This document shows positions 30,221-64,000 of a DNA stretch of 64,000 nucleotides, piece by piece. The stretch covers positions 66,256,788-66,320,787 of the forward strand of contig CM120640.1 of the NCBI GenBank assembly GCA_051362555.1, written 5' to 3'. Position 1 is the stretch's first letter. The number at the start of each line of letters is the position of its first letter. A program made the translations under genes and the position numbers. The notes beneath the pieces are model-generated. The model was not told the DNA's origin. It ran no database searches and saw only the letters and a program-made list of their open reading frames with translations. This DNA comes from Lingula anatina (taxonomy: Eukaryota; Animalia; Brachiopoda).

Positions 30221-32814
30221 TTAGATACTGGTATTTGCCAAGGCATCCCCCTCTTAAGTTTATTAACAAGTGGCAATACAATGCCAACAGTAGAAGTGCG
30301 AGGGAACATTTCCCCGACAAATAACAATCATTCCACACAGTGCATGCATTACCACAATTCATTTATTAGCACTGAAAATATGCATGTCATTAGATTTACA
30401 GTGACCTTTAATTGGAGACCCTATTGACACCGGAGAAAATGTGCTAGTTATAATGTTTCCAAAGATGATTTTCGCTTGCTGGCTACTGCTATATTAATAT
30501 TAACAGAACCTGTGAAGTATTGTGACACCTTTATACATTACTTCTGAATGATATAGAAGCACGGAAGTTAATAATGGATAAACAAATTTCAGGCCTCATA
30601 AACGAGCCTCAGGTTTGTGTGCACTGATCCCCAAAGTAACTACTCGAACTACAATTTCATAGTACAAAATTGAAATTAGTAGCCACCAGCACAACATCAA
30701 AAAACACAATCTATTTGGCCACATTTCGCCCCGATCTTGAGCTGTATATGTTTTTTTTTTCTCAACCTCAGATTAATTTCAATATGACGGAAAAGACGAG
30801 AAACGGCACGATAAAAATAATTCCTAGTCGGAAAAGGTTGACATTTCTCCTCTTTCTAATTCTTTGACAGATGAGAAAGGGTTCTTAACGTCTACACCAA
30901 TGCCCACTACTAGTAGAGTGGCTGCAGCGTTATTGACAGAACTTGACGAGGAGAGTGAAGTTGCCGTGGCAGCAGAGTTACGTTCGTGCCTGCCACAAAA
31001 ATTGTTGTTTGAGTCGGTAATTTAAGCATTCGTACTCACAAATCTGAGGCTCGATTTCGCAAACGGCTATTCACTCTATATAAGGTGCTGATTTTAGTGT
31101 CAGCTATCTGTGTATCGTGCATGTATGATTATGCGTTTGGCAGACGATCTATCCATCCATGCATCGTATGATTAATATTATGTATTTAGCAGACGAGGAA
31201 ATATTAAGTAACCATTGTTAAGCTATTGTCATAAAAGAGGGCTTATAACCAGCATCTAATCATACTATGTGATATTAGCAAGGAAGTAGCATAAGCTTGA
31301 CAATTAAATCTGCATGCAAGAACTATTAATGTCTTCAGCTTATTCTTCTGGACAGATATTTAATAGAAACACTCCAGATGCCCGAACCTCTATGAAGAAC
31401 ACAAAACAAGTTTTATGAGAGAATAATATTACCTCATATGCTACATAACCGAGGCCTCATATCTTCGGTTAATGACATACAGTTCTTCAGCGGTGGAATG
31501 GGTGAAGCTGGATGTTGCCGATCACGAAACCACTGCTATTTCTATGCTAATTGATAGACATTTAATGAAGGACATTGCGTTACATTTCCGTTATTTTACC
31601 GTTCATCCTAGTAGGCAATGGAAATATCTACTTTTTCCATAACTTCATTCTTCAAATAGTTCAACCACGTAAGAAAATGTTTGGGAATGCATGTTTGTTT
31701 GTTTCTGACCTTCATCTCCAAGGGTACCCCCCATCCCCCCAAAAAAAATATTTTAAAAACTGTAGTAGAAACAAAATATGTCACATCGACAGGTGCACAA
31801 TATTGATATTTCCCAATATACGCAACATTTGACAATGGTCCTCCATCCATCACGCATATTATTTCAATTCCAGTGTGTACATTTGTATGATGCCTATGTG
31901 GTTAGGCCAACTTGAATTCTCGTCTACAGCATGGAAATCTCCACTTGTCATCTTGTGAAATTAAATGAAATTATAAGAGCAGTACCCTATTTGATCCCAG
32001 CTTTTGATGGCTTCCAATAAATAAAAAGGTATCCCTTGTAATTATTTTTTCTTAATGATTTGTGTTTGAATAAAGATGGCAAAAGTTATTTTTGGCAGTT
32101 GAGGTATCATATCCTTCTCATTAAACCTGTCTTGTGACATAAACCCTAAAAATAGGTATCAAAACAAGTTACAACAATTTGCGATAGGCCAAGTTTTCAT
32201 TGACAAAACCGCTTTAAATGCAGTTGTTGCGCGTTCAGCAGGTGGAATAAAGTGTTGCACTGAAAAATTTGTAGGATTGTCTGTTTTCAAGCTAATGCAT
32301 GGTTTCTATCGGCTGGAACTCCCGCCGTCCCAGTAAATTTATATCTTGACAAAATCCTACATGCATGAGTGTTTCGCGTGAGATATAGCAAATGGCTGTT
32401 TGTTTTTAACTTTTAACATGCACCAAAACATTGTTGCTTCACAGAAAACGTAAAAGGATTCATTGTAGATAATTCAAACAGTCATATCATTTCGATGCTC
32501 AAATCTAAAGTAAGAAGATCTGGAGTTTCTGAAACGTAGAATAGGCCTACAATAAGAACGAGGTAATTGACCATTCTTCAATCCACCCGGATAGAATAAC
32601 CCATATAAATGTACGTAGGCTATATAATGCATATTTTTCAATTTTGATAGGCAGTAATGTCATAAATCGAAAGTGGTAACGTGGCTTCGAATCCTGTCTT
32701 CTGTTCAGCTCCGTTTGTGAGTGTCAGTCACATTCTAGGGTCACAGTGCTGAGGATTTTTCATCAGTGTCTCTGTTCAGGTGAACATCTGGTTTCGTGCT
32801 GTAGCTTGAGGTAA

Positions 32815-54898
<22,084 letters not shown>

Positions 54899-57800
54899 TT
54901 GGTTTGACTTCCACGAAAGTTTTTCTTCCTACCACGGTGTCAAAAACCCATCTACCGAAGCCCTACAGTAATGCTTTTTTTCACATTATCTCAAGCTGGA
55001 CAGTATCCATTTTAACGCGTGTCGGTTCCACTAGTAATAATTTGTGTCTATAAAAAGCATTTTACATGCACATGCTTGGTTTACCGAAAGCAATTCGCCG
55101 GCTACCATGCCATTTGGTTGTGAATTATTAATCCGCGGAGTAACCCTGTTCCCCAATCAATTCGTACCTTTGGCGTAAAAATAGTTAATTTTATATCAAA
55201 TTAATAACAACACTGATTGCGCCTGAGGCTCCAGAACACGAACGCGGCTCATACTCTGATATTTAGGAAGTGGCAGTGACATTCCCGCCTCCAGAAACCC
55301 GTTATCGAGGGTAAATCATTCCATCTTCATCACGACGGGTAATTATTTCAATTTGTAGCATATGGCGATCTAGCGCTTGACAGATGATAAACTCATCTAA
55401 GATAGTTCCCAAGTTAAAAATGTTTAGTTTTGATCAAGTTCAGTGGATGCTGGTACAACCCTGAGCATTGCTGTGCGGGCAGAGAGACGAGTTGGTGCCG
55501 TGTGACAGGATGGTAGTCTGCTAGGAACCGTAGTCCGTTCACCACTACTTTGTACAGGTGACATTCGTCCCACATACATACCCAAATACCCCGACTTACC
55601 TGTACTAAACATATGGGACCTCAGACTATCATTCATAGGACTACTATTCCTGTCACACCGTCATCATTCGAGTCTTACACGCTATAATCTGTTTGTTTTA
55701 CTTTAATTCATTTACTTAAAATGGACTACTGGGTGTGCAAGTTTTACACGGTCCGGATAAAAATTCAAAGAAAAAAAAAAACAGACTTAACAAATTATAA
55801 TACCGGGAAACAACTGATAAAAATAACTCACCTATTGTTATTTTACTCAAATAGAGGAACTAAAGCGGTTGAGGGTAAACAGCATTTAAATGTGATAAAA
55901 TACAATTTCGTGTGCTCTCAGAAATTTTGTAATGCTAATTGATCATACCCTGTAACTCTGTCCAATACCAAATCCAGATATACCTTACAAATACATGGTT
56001 TTGAGCTTACTAATTCCTTCAGTCAGTCAAATCCAAGTGAACGGTTCCCAAGAAAGTCTACGTAAAACTCCAATTCTGTATTAAATTAATGCTCAAAAAG
56101 GTCAGTTGGCCAGCAGCAAAGGCTTCTTAGATAAGATTTTTTAATAACTGTATTGGGACAGCAAATTCCCATGAACGACCGCCAAAAGGGAGATGAAAGC
56201 AATCCTCAAGAAATGAGTTTTTTGTGCACATACCATCTTGATTAAAAATGACCTACATCAAAGTAAAATTTGTCGAAACTTAAATAAAACATTTTTCACA
56301 GAAATTTAATGCACAAAAAGCGTCTCTGTAAATGTTTCATTAAAATGGAAAAAAGGTTTCAAGTTTAGGTCAAAGGTACGTACTGCACAGAACTTATCAC
56401 TGAAGTTAAATATTTAACAATTTGATTATAATTTTATTTGAAGCATAACATCTGCCGTAAAATTACACCTACGGTGATCAGTCATAAACATTTTCAAATT
56501 TCGCACATATTTGTGCCTAGTGTCCTTATAAAAACACAAGTTAATATACCATATTATTAAAGTAAAATACACCTTTAAGTTTTACAAGCAACCTTGTGGT
56601 ACACATGCATTTTATGCAAAACCTAGTTTTGAACCTACAAAATGATTCTGACATAATCAAAACATTTTAACAACTTTTTAATGAACAATACCTAAAAAAT
56701 CAACTCTAAGTGGAAATTAAAAAGCCAAACCCCACCAATAACAATTCCAGTATCCAAACAAAACAGTGGAGTAGTCAAAACATTTATATTATTCTGCTAG
56801 CATGAGTATGTTTCCCACCCTATCTGTATAAATTTCAAAGAAAGTTCATTTCACTTATCCCTGGTTTCAGAGTCTCCAGTAAAATCTTAACATTTGTTTT
56901 GGCAAGCATCCCCCAAATTACAAATGTATACTGATACACAGAGATCAAGCCTTTCAGGTCATTGCATGACAAGTTTTTGAAGTACCCATACACAAAGTTT
57001 AAAACCTTGGAAGTTTAACTCCCTCATGTGACATACAGTAGGTAGTCTTGAAAAATCTATGTCAAGGATTCTAATAAGTTTTCCAAACCATGGAGCAATA
57101 ATTGGTATACGACATAAAAGCAGCACAAGAAAAACCAATTATCGCCGATTTCAGAGTAAACAGCCGCATTTGTAATCATTATACAACAACCATTTAAACA
57201 ATAAATACAACATTGTAGAACCATGATGATAATCTCACGACTAATTTATATCTGTAATGCACAAAACAAACAAGCAAAAGCTCTGGACAGAACCTATTAG
57301 AAACTGTGACAGAAAATGGTCATTTGCAAAAAATCAGAAGCAGAAGATTAAATCTCTTCTGGACCTGCTTGGCTGAGCCACAGGTAATAACACAAAGAGT
57401 CTCATTGCAAGGCTTTGAAATTCTGGCTGACCGTGGTTCCATTTCATGGCAATCAGTTGAATTCCATTCCATTACCCATTAATACGAAACACTTATACAT
57501 CTAAAATATAAACATGTTACGCATATCACTAATACTCAACTACCCAACCAAGTGGTTTTGATGTTGGCTTACACTCATTATATCTTCATGAACGGTTAAT
57601 AGTTCATTACAATTTTGACCATGCATGATCAACATACAACTCTCTGTCAGTGACAGGAATGCAAAGCCAAATAATCCTTGTTTTATTTCATGAACAATGT
57701 AAGATCATTTCTGTGCACAAAACATGCTTCCATTGCTTTTTGTTGTGTTTAGAGAGTCTAGAGAAGAGGCTGACACTGCATGATTAAAAATAATTTATCA

Positions 57801-58083
57801 TTTCAACTACGTATTCATTAATTGGCACTGATACCACTCTCCTAATTTGCCCTTTCTTTTTTTTAAGAACAATAATAAGATTTTTATGTATATTGTTATA
57901 TATTTTCTTCTACAATTACCATTTTTGTGTTTTAACACTTACTGTCTCTTGTTATTTTACCAACATTAAATGCAAGTTAACATTCTACAGCTAAATATTA
58001 TAACCATATACATATGTATTGTAACAGAGGCACCTTCCAAAACAGCTCAAACCAAATCCATCTTTTGTAAGCTTATCTCCCTG

Positions 58084-60389
58084 TCAGTCAACCTTAGCTA
58101 GAATGAAGCCTGTTCTACATGGGCTGTATACCTGCAATAAAGGTGAAAATTTATACAAAAAATAGAAAATTATTAAAGTACATCTGTACTTCTAGAAACA
58201 ATTACTAAATTAATTTACACAAATTTGTCCTAAAGGTACAGGTAAGATGGGTCTATGGAGATTAATCAGAGATCTATAATGGCTTGCTGCAAAAATACAG
58301 CATTGTTAACATCAGTCTAGGGAAAAACACAAACAACAATAAAAATACAGCATTGTTAACATCAGTCTAGGGAAAAACACAAACAACAATAAAAATACAG
58401 CACTGTTAACATCAGTCTAGGGAAAAACACAAACAACAATAAAAATACAGCATTGTTAACATCAGTCTAGGGAAAAACACAAACAACAATAAAAATACAG
58501 CATTGTTAACATTAGTCTAGGGAAAAACACAAACAACAATAAAAATACAGCATTGTTAACATCAGTCTAGGGAAAAACACAAACAACAATCGTATTGACA
58601 TGCTTTTGTTGATGGTGATGACCATGTATTTCTGCTGTGTATGTTATGTAAGTGTATGAAATTGTGTACATCAAAAATAAGCCACAGATTTTATCAGAAA
58701 AATAAACTTATCTTTTGTCAAAGCAATGTTTATTTTAAGTCAAACTATCTGAAAGCGGTCCAAGTATTTGGATCTGATATCCTATAAGACAGGGTCTTTC
58801 CAAATTCTATTGGATTATGTAGAAATGAGGCATTATATTATATTATATGTATGCAATTATGAAATACAGGGCTGATTCCCCTTGAAACTATTGGTCTATG
58901 TAGATCACGCCTCCTCTTGTTTCCAACATACTCGTATAAGCATCACCTTTTTCTGAATTCTACTACACACCAGGACAACTTGTGTTTATCTTATAAACTG
59001 ATTCTAGTAGCAAGAGTCTAAGTGAAGTTGGATGAATCTACATAAACAATAGTTTCAAAGGGCATGAGCACATAGAGAAAAGATCATTACCATGATAGAA
59101 CAGCTTCTATTGTCCCATGGTTCAGGAAATGTATAAAAGTCAACATTGTGATCCAGGCGCTTGTGCCCACCATGTTCCTCTGAATCTGAATCCAGCACCA
59201 TCTTGTATCTGGTAGAGTTGAATTCAGGAAAAGACCAGCATAGCCATAAAACATTACTCTTCATCATTCTTCAACTAATATTTATTTACAGTAGCAAAAA
59301 CTTACATTTTTAACAAATTGAATATGAAAATGTTGAATTCATTTTTTTCCAGAAACAATTGAGTTCTTTACTTCAGATGTGGCAAATTCTATTTTAATTG
59401 TTTATACTATAACACTATTCTTATGTTGGTTTTCCAAAGTCAATAATTACCTACACCCAAAGATTTTTATAAAACAACATTTTAGTACCAAATGTAAATT
59501 ACTGTAACAATGCCACAGTGAGCTTAAGGATACTTTCCAGGAGTCTCAACTCCTATTCTGTAGTCAGTATAGCTCTTGAAAGGATGGAAGTTCAAAACCC
59601 ATAACAGTCCTGCTCGCTCAAAAACGATAACTTTATCATCCTGGTGCTTACGACTTACAAAGGCCTGAGGACAGAAAAAACAGAAGCCAAATTAAGGGTC
59701 AAGGGTCAAAACCTTGCATGATAACAGGAAAATAAATGGTAGATGTTACATGCATCAATCATAATAATCTGAATAAATTTATCTAGTATTCAAAACACTT
59801 AGTATATAGTGAACAGATTCTTCTGCCAAAAGCTAGAAGTTAGAAGACATTTCTCCCATAATATTTCTTATTTAAGTTTTCAAAGTGAAATCAGACGTAC
59901 TACTCACCTGAGGAGCTGCTAGCCAACCATACTTTGCCTCTAAGTGCTGGAGACTTCTGTCAAAATTGTTGAGGAATTTATACCTCAGATTGTTGTCCTC
60001 TACCAGATTAAACTGCCTCCTGGCATAGTGAAAACTGCTGTTGTTGCCCATTCTGGGGAAATCCAACCACTCTGGGTGACCAAATTCATTTCCTAAACAG
60101 GATAGAAATGTATGAATAATTGCTTATTCATTAGATAAATGGGAGAAATGTCTTCTAACTTCTAGCTTTTGGCAGAAGAATCTGTTCACTATATACTAAG
60201 TGTTTAGATAAATGCTGAGGTTTTAAATGCCATAGCCGCTTGCTACATGTAACATGACGATTAATTTAACTAATCTTTTCCATTTTCAAAATTCACTATT
60301 TTAAACTCTGACACACATATTCTTTCTGACATGTAGCCCACTAACTTCTCAAAACTTTAAATTCAAATTTTCAGGTATGGCCATTAAAC

Positions 60390-60423
<34 letters not shown>

Positions 60424-63400
60424 CTTTATCAACACAAGTCGTACAAATTTATTAATAGAGTAATCACCGTAATATCCCCATTAATATGTTTCATTCCCAT
60501 TGCATTTCAATTATAATGCTGTATAATCCACATAATCACAGGTCAATATTCAGTCATAGTGAAACATCTGCTAAAACAGAATATCTGCACAATCCATTTC
60601 AAAGTTACAAAAATATATCTAAAGAAAGGAAACCTGAAGCTTACCTATGAAATTCAGATAACCCTCTCCTCCCAGTCCATGAGTTATCATCCTGATCATC
60701 TTGTGGAGTGCCATACCCCTATCAATGATTCCAGTAAGAGGAGTCAAGTTGGACATGTAGTCGTACATCTCTTTATCCATGAGCCAGAAGGCAATGGTCT
60801 TATCTCCCACCAGAGCCTGGTCGTGGCTCTCAGCATATGCTATACATTTCTCTCTATGGCGTCTGTTGGTGAGCGTGTGGACAATGTTCCCCATGTCCCA
60901 GTCTTCATCTTTGTAGTGCTTCAACATCTGGTGTGGAGAAAGAACGGGCACTTGAATATGTTCATACGTTTCAAAACCAGTTTGTATCAGTGCAAAATTA
61001 TTCAAATTATTTTTTCTCAAAAAGTTTTAATGACATAAAACGGTCTTAACAACATAAGGGCAGAATACATTAAACAAATCCAGGGGCGGATTTAGGCTGT
61101 CTTCTGGGTCTTCCGAAGTTTACATTGACGGGTATTTAATTTTTTCTGTTGGAATACGATCAAAATTGGAGGAAGGATCAACAAAGATAATTTGGAAGAC
61201 TGTCAGAAAATGTCTCTGGATCCGCCCCTGAAATCAATATATATTAAAAAGAACGCAGAAAAGAGGCAACTTTTTTAGTAACTTTCTTATTTCTGTGTTA
61301 ATTTACAAAAGATTGAAAAATACAAAGCCAAATATCTTGTGAACTGCAGCCACTGTACCTCTATCCACTTGTCAGGAATGGCCATAGCTAATCTGTAGTC
61401 AAACCCCTGTCCTCCCTCCTCCACAGGGCGACACAGGGCTGGCATGCCAGACACCTCCTGAAATAAATATGCTGATTTTATAGACAGATATTTTATCATT
61501 TGTGGCTCATGCAGTCATCAATTCTCAAAGCATTATATTAGTACGATTTCTGTACAATGTCAAAAGGACCATATGCCAAAGACTGCTCTCTCTGGCCATA
61601 CTTGCCTCAGCCACAGTGATGGCAAAAGGATAGAGACTGTGCACCATGTGGTTGGCAAGCATCAAGTAGACCAAAGATTCAGTATCTGTACCAAGTCCAA
61701 AGTATTCATCATAATTTCCACTAAACCCATGACCTAAAATATAAAAAAAATGAAAGCAATGTTAACAATGTTATGTGCAACGATGGACCTCACTGGGTCA
61801 GAATAAAAATCTTCTAAAATCAGGTAATCATTTGCACAATTATATTTCTGACTCAAAGTCTTGTTATATACACCTATACAGTTAGTTTCATATGTAAAAT
61901 GTACTAAAAAACTGAAAGTTTCCTTTTGGTAGGAAAACAGCATTTCAACTTCACATAATATATAAACTTAATAAATTACTCTGAAAAAAAATCACTCTTA
62001 TGTACATGTAACTGCCCTGATCAAGCTAAAAGTTCACTCACTCAGGCCATGATGGTGGTACAACATGGATGTGACGCCATCAAAGCGGAAGCCATCAAAA
62101 CCATACTCATCAATCCACCACCTCAGGTTGGAAAGAAGGAACTTCAGGGTTTCCCACCTAGAGCACAGAAATCAAAATAGTGTACATTAAATAAAACTTT
62201 GGTCCCAAATAAAAATGGAATGTAATGAAATCATTCTGAGGTTAATGTTCCACTTTTGTTGCCATCTAATACATTTATACGTTTCCTCGCAACAATACTG
62301 AAATTACTGCAATGGCTATTTTAAACAATGTTTCATGGACAATTTAAACAAACTACGCGAAACTTCATCCTCGCAACATTGTTTACATGGACATTTTACT
62401 GCCTCAGAATTAAACATAATGTCCAAGTTATTTAGGCTTACTGTGCATAGTTAAAGAGCCTACTGTCCCAGAGTTCATGTCTCCCTCTGGGACCTGAGTG
62501 GAAATATCCAGCCTCAGAGCCATCAAAGCTGTTCAAACCATCCACTATATTGTTAGAAGCGTGGCTGTGGACCACATCCAATAGTACTACTATGCCATAG
62601 GAGTGAGCAACATCAACAAGCTCTTTCAGCTCTTCTGGAGTCCCATAACGACTGAAAGAAATATATTAGAAGGAGTCAACTTGAAGTGGGAATATTGATC
62701 CGATGTACTCCCTGTACATCATAAGTTCAGGTTGAGCTAAGTAATATTCCTTTAAGTTTCAAACAGCTTTTGCCAAAAAAGATAAAACACATCTGCCCTG
62801 TTTATTTGTAGGATATGAAAACTAACCTTGAAGCAGCAAAAAAGCTTGTCACTTGGTACCCAAAACTTGCATAATAAGCATGCTCCATTACTGCCATCAA
62901 CTGGATAGAGTTGTAACCTATAATCAGAACAATAAATTATACTTGTGATCGAACTCAGAAAAATGCTTTTAATAAAAGCATCATAATATTTAAACTAATC
63001 TACAATTACCCTTACATTTTAATTCCTAAGCTGCCGCTCGTTCTTTCAAAAATTGAGCCCAACAAATCAGTGGCTCAGCCACAATACCATGTTAAACAAT
63101 CATCATGTCCACTCACCTAAATCTGCTATTCTTGGAATTACATTGTAGGCAAAATGCTTGTAGCTGGCAACTTTTCCCTCCCAGGATGAAATGCCAACAT
63201 GAGATTCATAGATCCTCAGTCTGTCTGGTTTTGGTGGATGTGGATGCTTGAATTTGTACTTCTGAAAGAATGTATATAAATATTTGAAGTAAAAAAAAAA
63301 AGGGTTCAAAAATTGCCAGTCTACAATGTTACAGCATAACATAGGTATACATGAAAGTAATAAGTGAGACAGTTATCATTTTCAGACATGATCAAATTAA

Positions 63401-63928
63401 CAAATTACCAATAGGAATTTTTGAGCATTTTAATTCTGTTAGCAAGATCATGATGAAATTTTTAAAAATAATTTTGAAGACTATTCATCCTACATGCAAA
63501 CAATTTTATTATTTCTCATTGTTCAGAATTACAATTTGTACCACTGATATTCAATCTAATCAAATAATTTGAAGAAGCGATTTTAAAAAAATTCTTAACC
63601 CCTTAAGAAACAATATAAAACTGATTCAGAAATCACAGGAAACAATGAAGAAAACGAAAAGTTAAGGTTGTTAGGGATATGGATCCATACATGTACAATT
63701 GAGATTTGGTTCACAACAACCTATGGAGATACAGGTAACATCCCAACTACTACAGACGAGCAAACAACAGCCCAACAACAGCTCTGAATGTCGAGTGTCT
63801 CTCACCTGTTCTTCAGGGGGGTCCCAGTGTATCATATCATATATGGTACTATCTGAGGGGGGTTTGACCCACCTCGCCCAGGGACACAACCTGTCGGCTA
63901 GCTCTCCACTGGGAGTTTGCACCAATAA
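58084..63928 (-). CDS. GBE1: 1,4-alpha-glucan (glycogen) branching enzyme, GH13; 5' part lies beyond the window
   Basis: Exons 63928-63806, 63261-63117, 62917-62827, 62651-62442, 62157-62042, 61733-61606, 61457-61359, 60927-60645, 60092-59908, 59664-59534, 59208-59091, 58131-58084. Motifs [45 protein letters not shown] (nucleophile Asp), TVAE|EVSG (acid/base Glu), [28 protein letters not shown]. Confidence 0.97.
58291..58590. repeat. 50-bp minisatellite, 6 copies, in the last GBE1 intron
   Basis: Unit AAAAATACAGCATTGTTAACATCAGTCTAGGGAAAAACACAAACAACAAT repeated head to tail six times; copies 3 and 5 each carry one substitution. Confidence 0.97.
58868..58975. mobile_element. Fragment of family C TIR element
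   Basis: Similar to 22013-22165 (GGC..ATTC.C..TGAAACT; CCTCTTGTTTCCAAC.TACTCGTAT; TTTTCTG.ATTCTACT). Confidence 0.5.
59209..59533 (-). other. U12-type (minor spliceosome) GT-AG intron in GBE1
   Basis: 5' splice site GTATCCTTAA; branch-site-like TTTTCCTGAAT lies 13 nt upstream of the 3' end of the intron; no long polypyrimidine tract. Confidence 0.85.
59793..60205. repeat. Perfect 67-bp inverted repeat pair (59793-59859 and 60139-60205) flanking GBE1 exon 59908-60092
   Basis: Base-by-base reverse-complement identity of the two arms was checked by hand. Confidence 0.95.
61081..61230. mobile_element. MITE with family B-type TIRs in a GBE1 intron
   Basis: CAGGGGCGGATTTAG ... CTGGATCCGCCCCTG inverted termini. 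Confidence 0.7.
61458..61605 (-). other. Non-canonical GC-AG intron in GBE1
   Basis: Donor GAG|GCAAGT is needed to keep the frame TVAE|EVSGMP; the nearby GT (4 nt downstream) would cause a frameshift. Confidence 0.8.
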
Positions 63929-64000
63929 CTGACAATGAAAATCCAACATGCAACAATAATGGAAAACAAAAGAAAGAACAATTAAACTCTTTCCCACTCC

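Noticed and set aside
58291-58590. Regular repeats resembling a CRISPR array
   Set aside because: The units are head to tail with no unique spacers, there are no cas genes, and the context is a eukaryotic intron. It is a minisatellite.
61455-61611. AEE instead of the more familiar AED in the GBE1 catalytic motif as a sign of inactivation
   Set aside because: The catalytic Glu is retained, and AEE occurs in active branching enzymes such as bacterial GlgB.

Overview
AT-rich, intron-containing eukaryotic genomic DNA from an invertebrate animal (probably a marine lophotrochozoan-like species; this is inference). It is not prokaryotic: most ORF-track entries are exon fragments or noise. Genes reconstructed by hand: two tandem 9-exon classical SDR paralogues (minus; 4658-8587 and 14822-17656, 259 aa each) with a single-coding-exon TRIM-NHL E3 ligase between them (plus, 10745-12697); a single-exon type I membrane protein with a mucin-like ectodomain and a KCNE-like TM segment (minus, 23595-25001); a 32-exon secreted mosaic protein of about 1782 aa (minus, 32815-54898: signal peptide, PAN/Apple, EGF, 2 TSP1, SRCR, 22 TSP1, Caspr/neurexin-IV-type fibrinogen-like domain); and the 3' part of glycogen branching enzyme GBE1 (minus, 58084 to beyond 63928). 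GBE1 has a U12-type intron, a GC-AG intron and an exon enclosed by a perfect 67-bp inverted repeat. There are also several MITE families, an RTE-LINE tail, a 50-bp minisatellite and microsatellites. The best candidates for novelty are the modular TSP1 protein with its 4-exon higher-order repeat, the KCNE-like mucin with an abutting upstream ORF, and the inverted-repeat-bracketed GBE1 exon. No database searches were possible.
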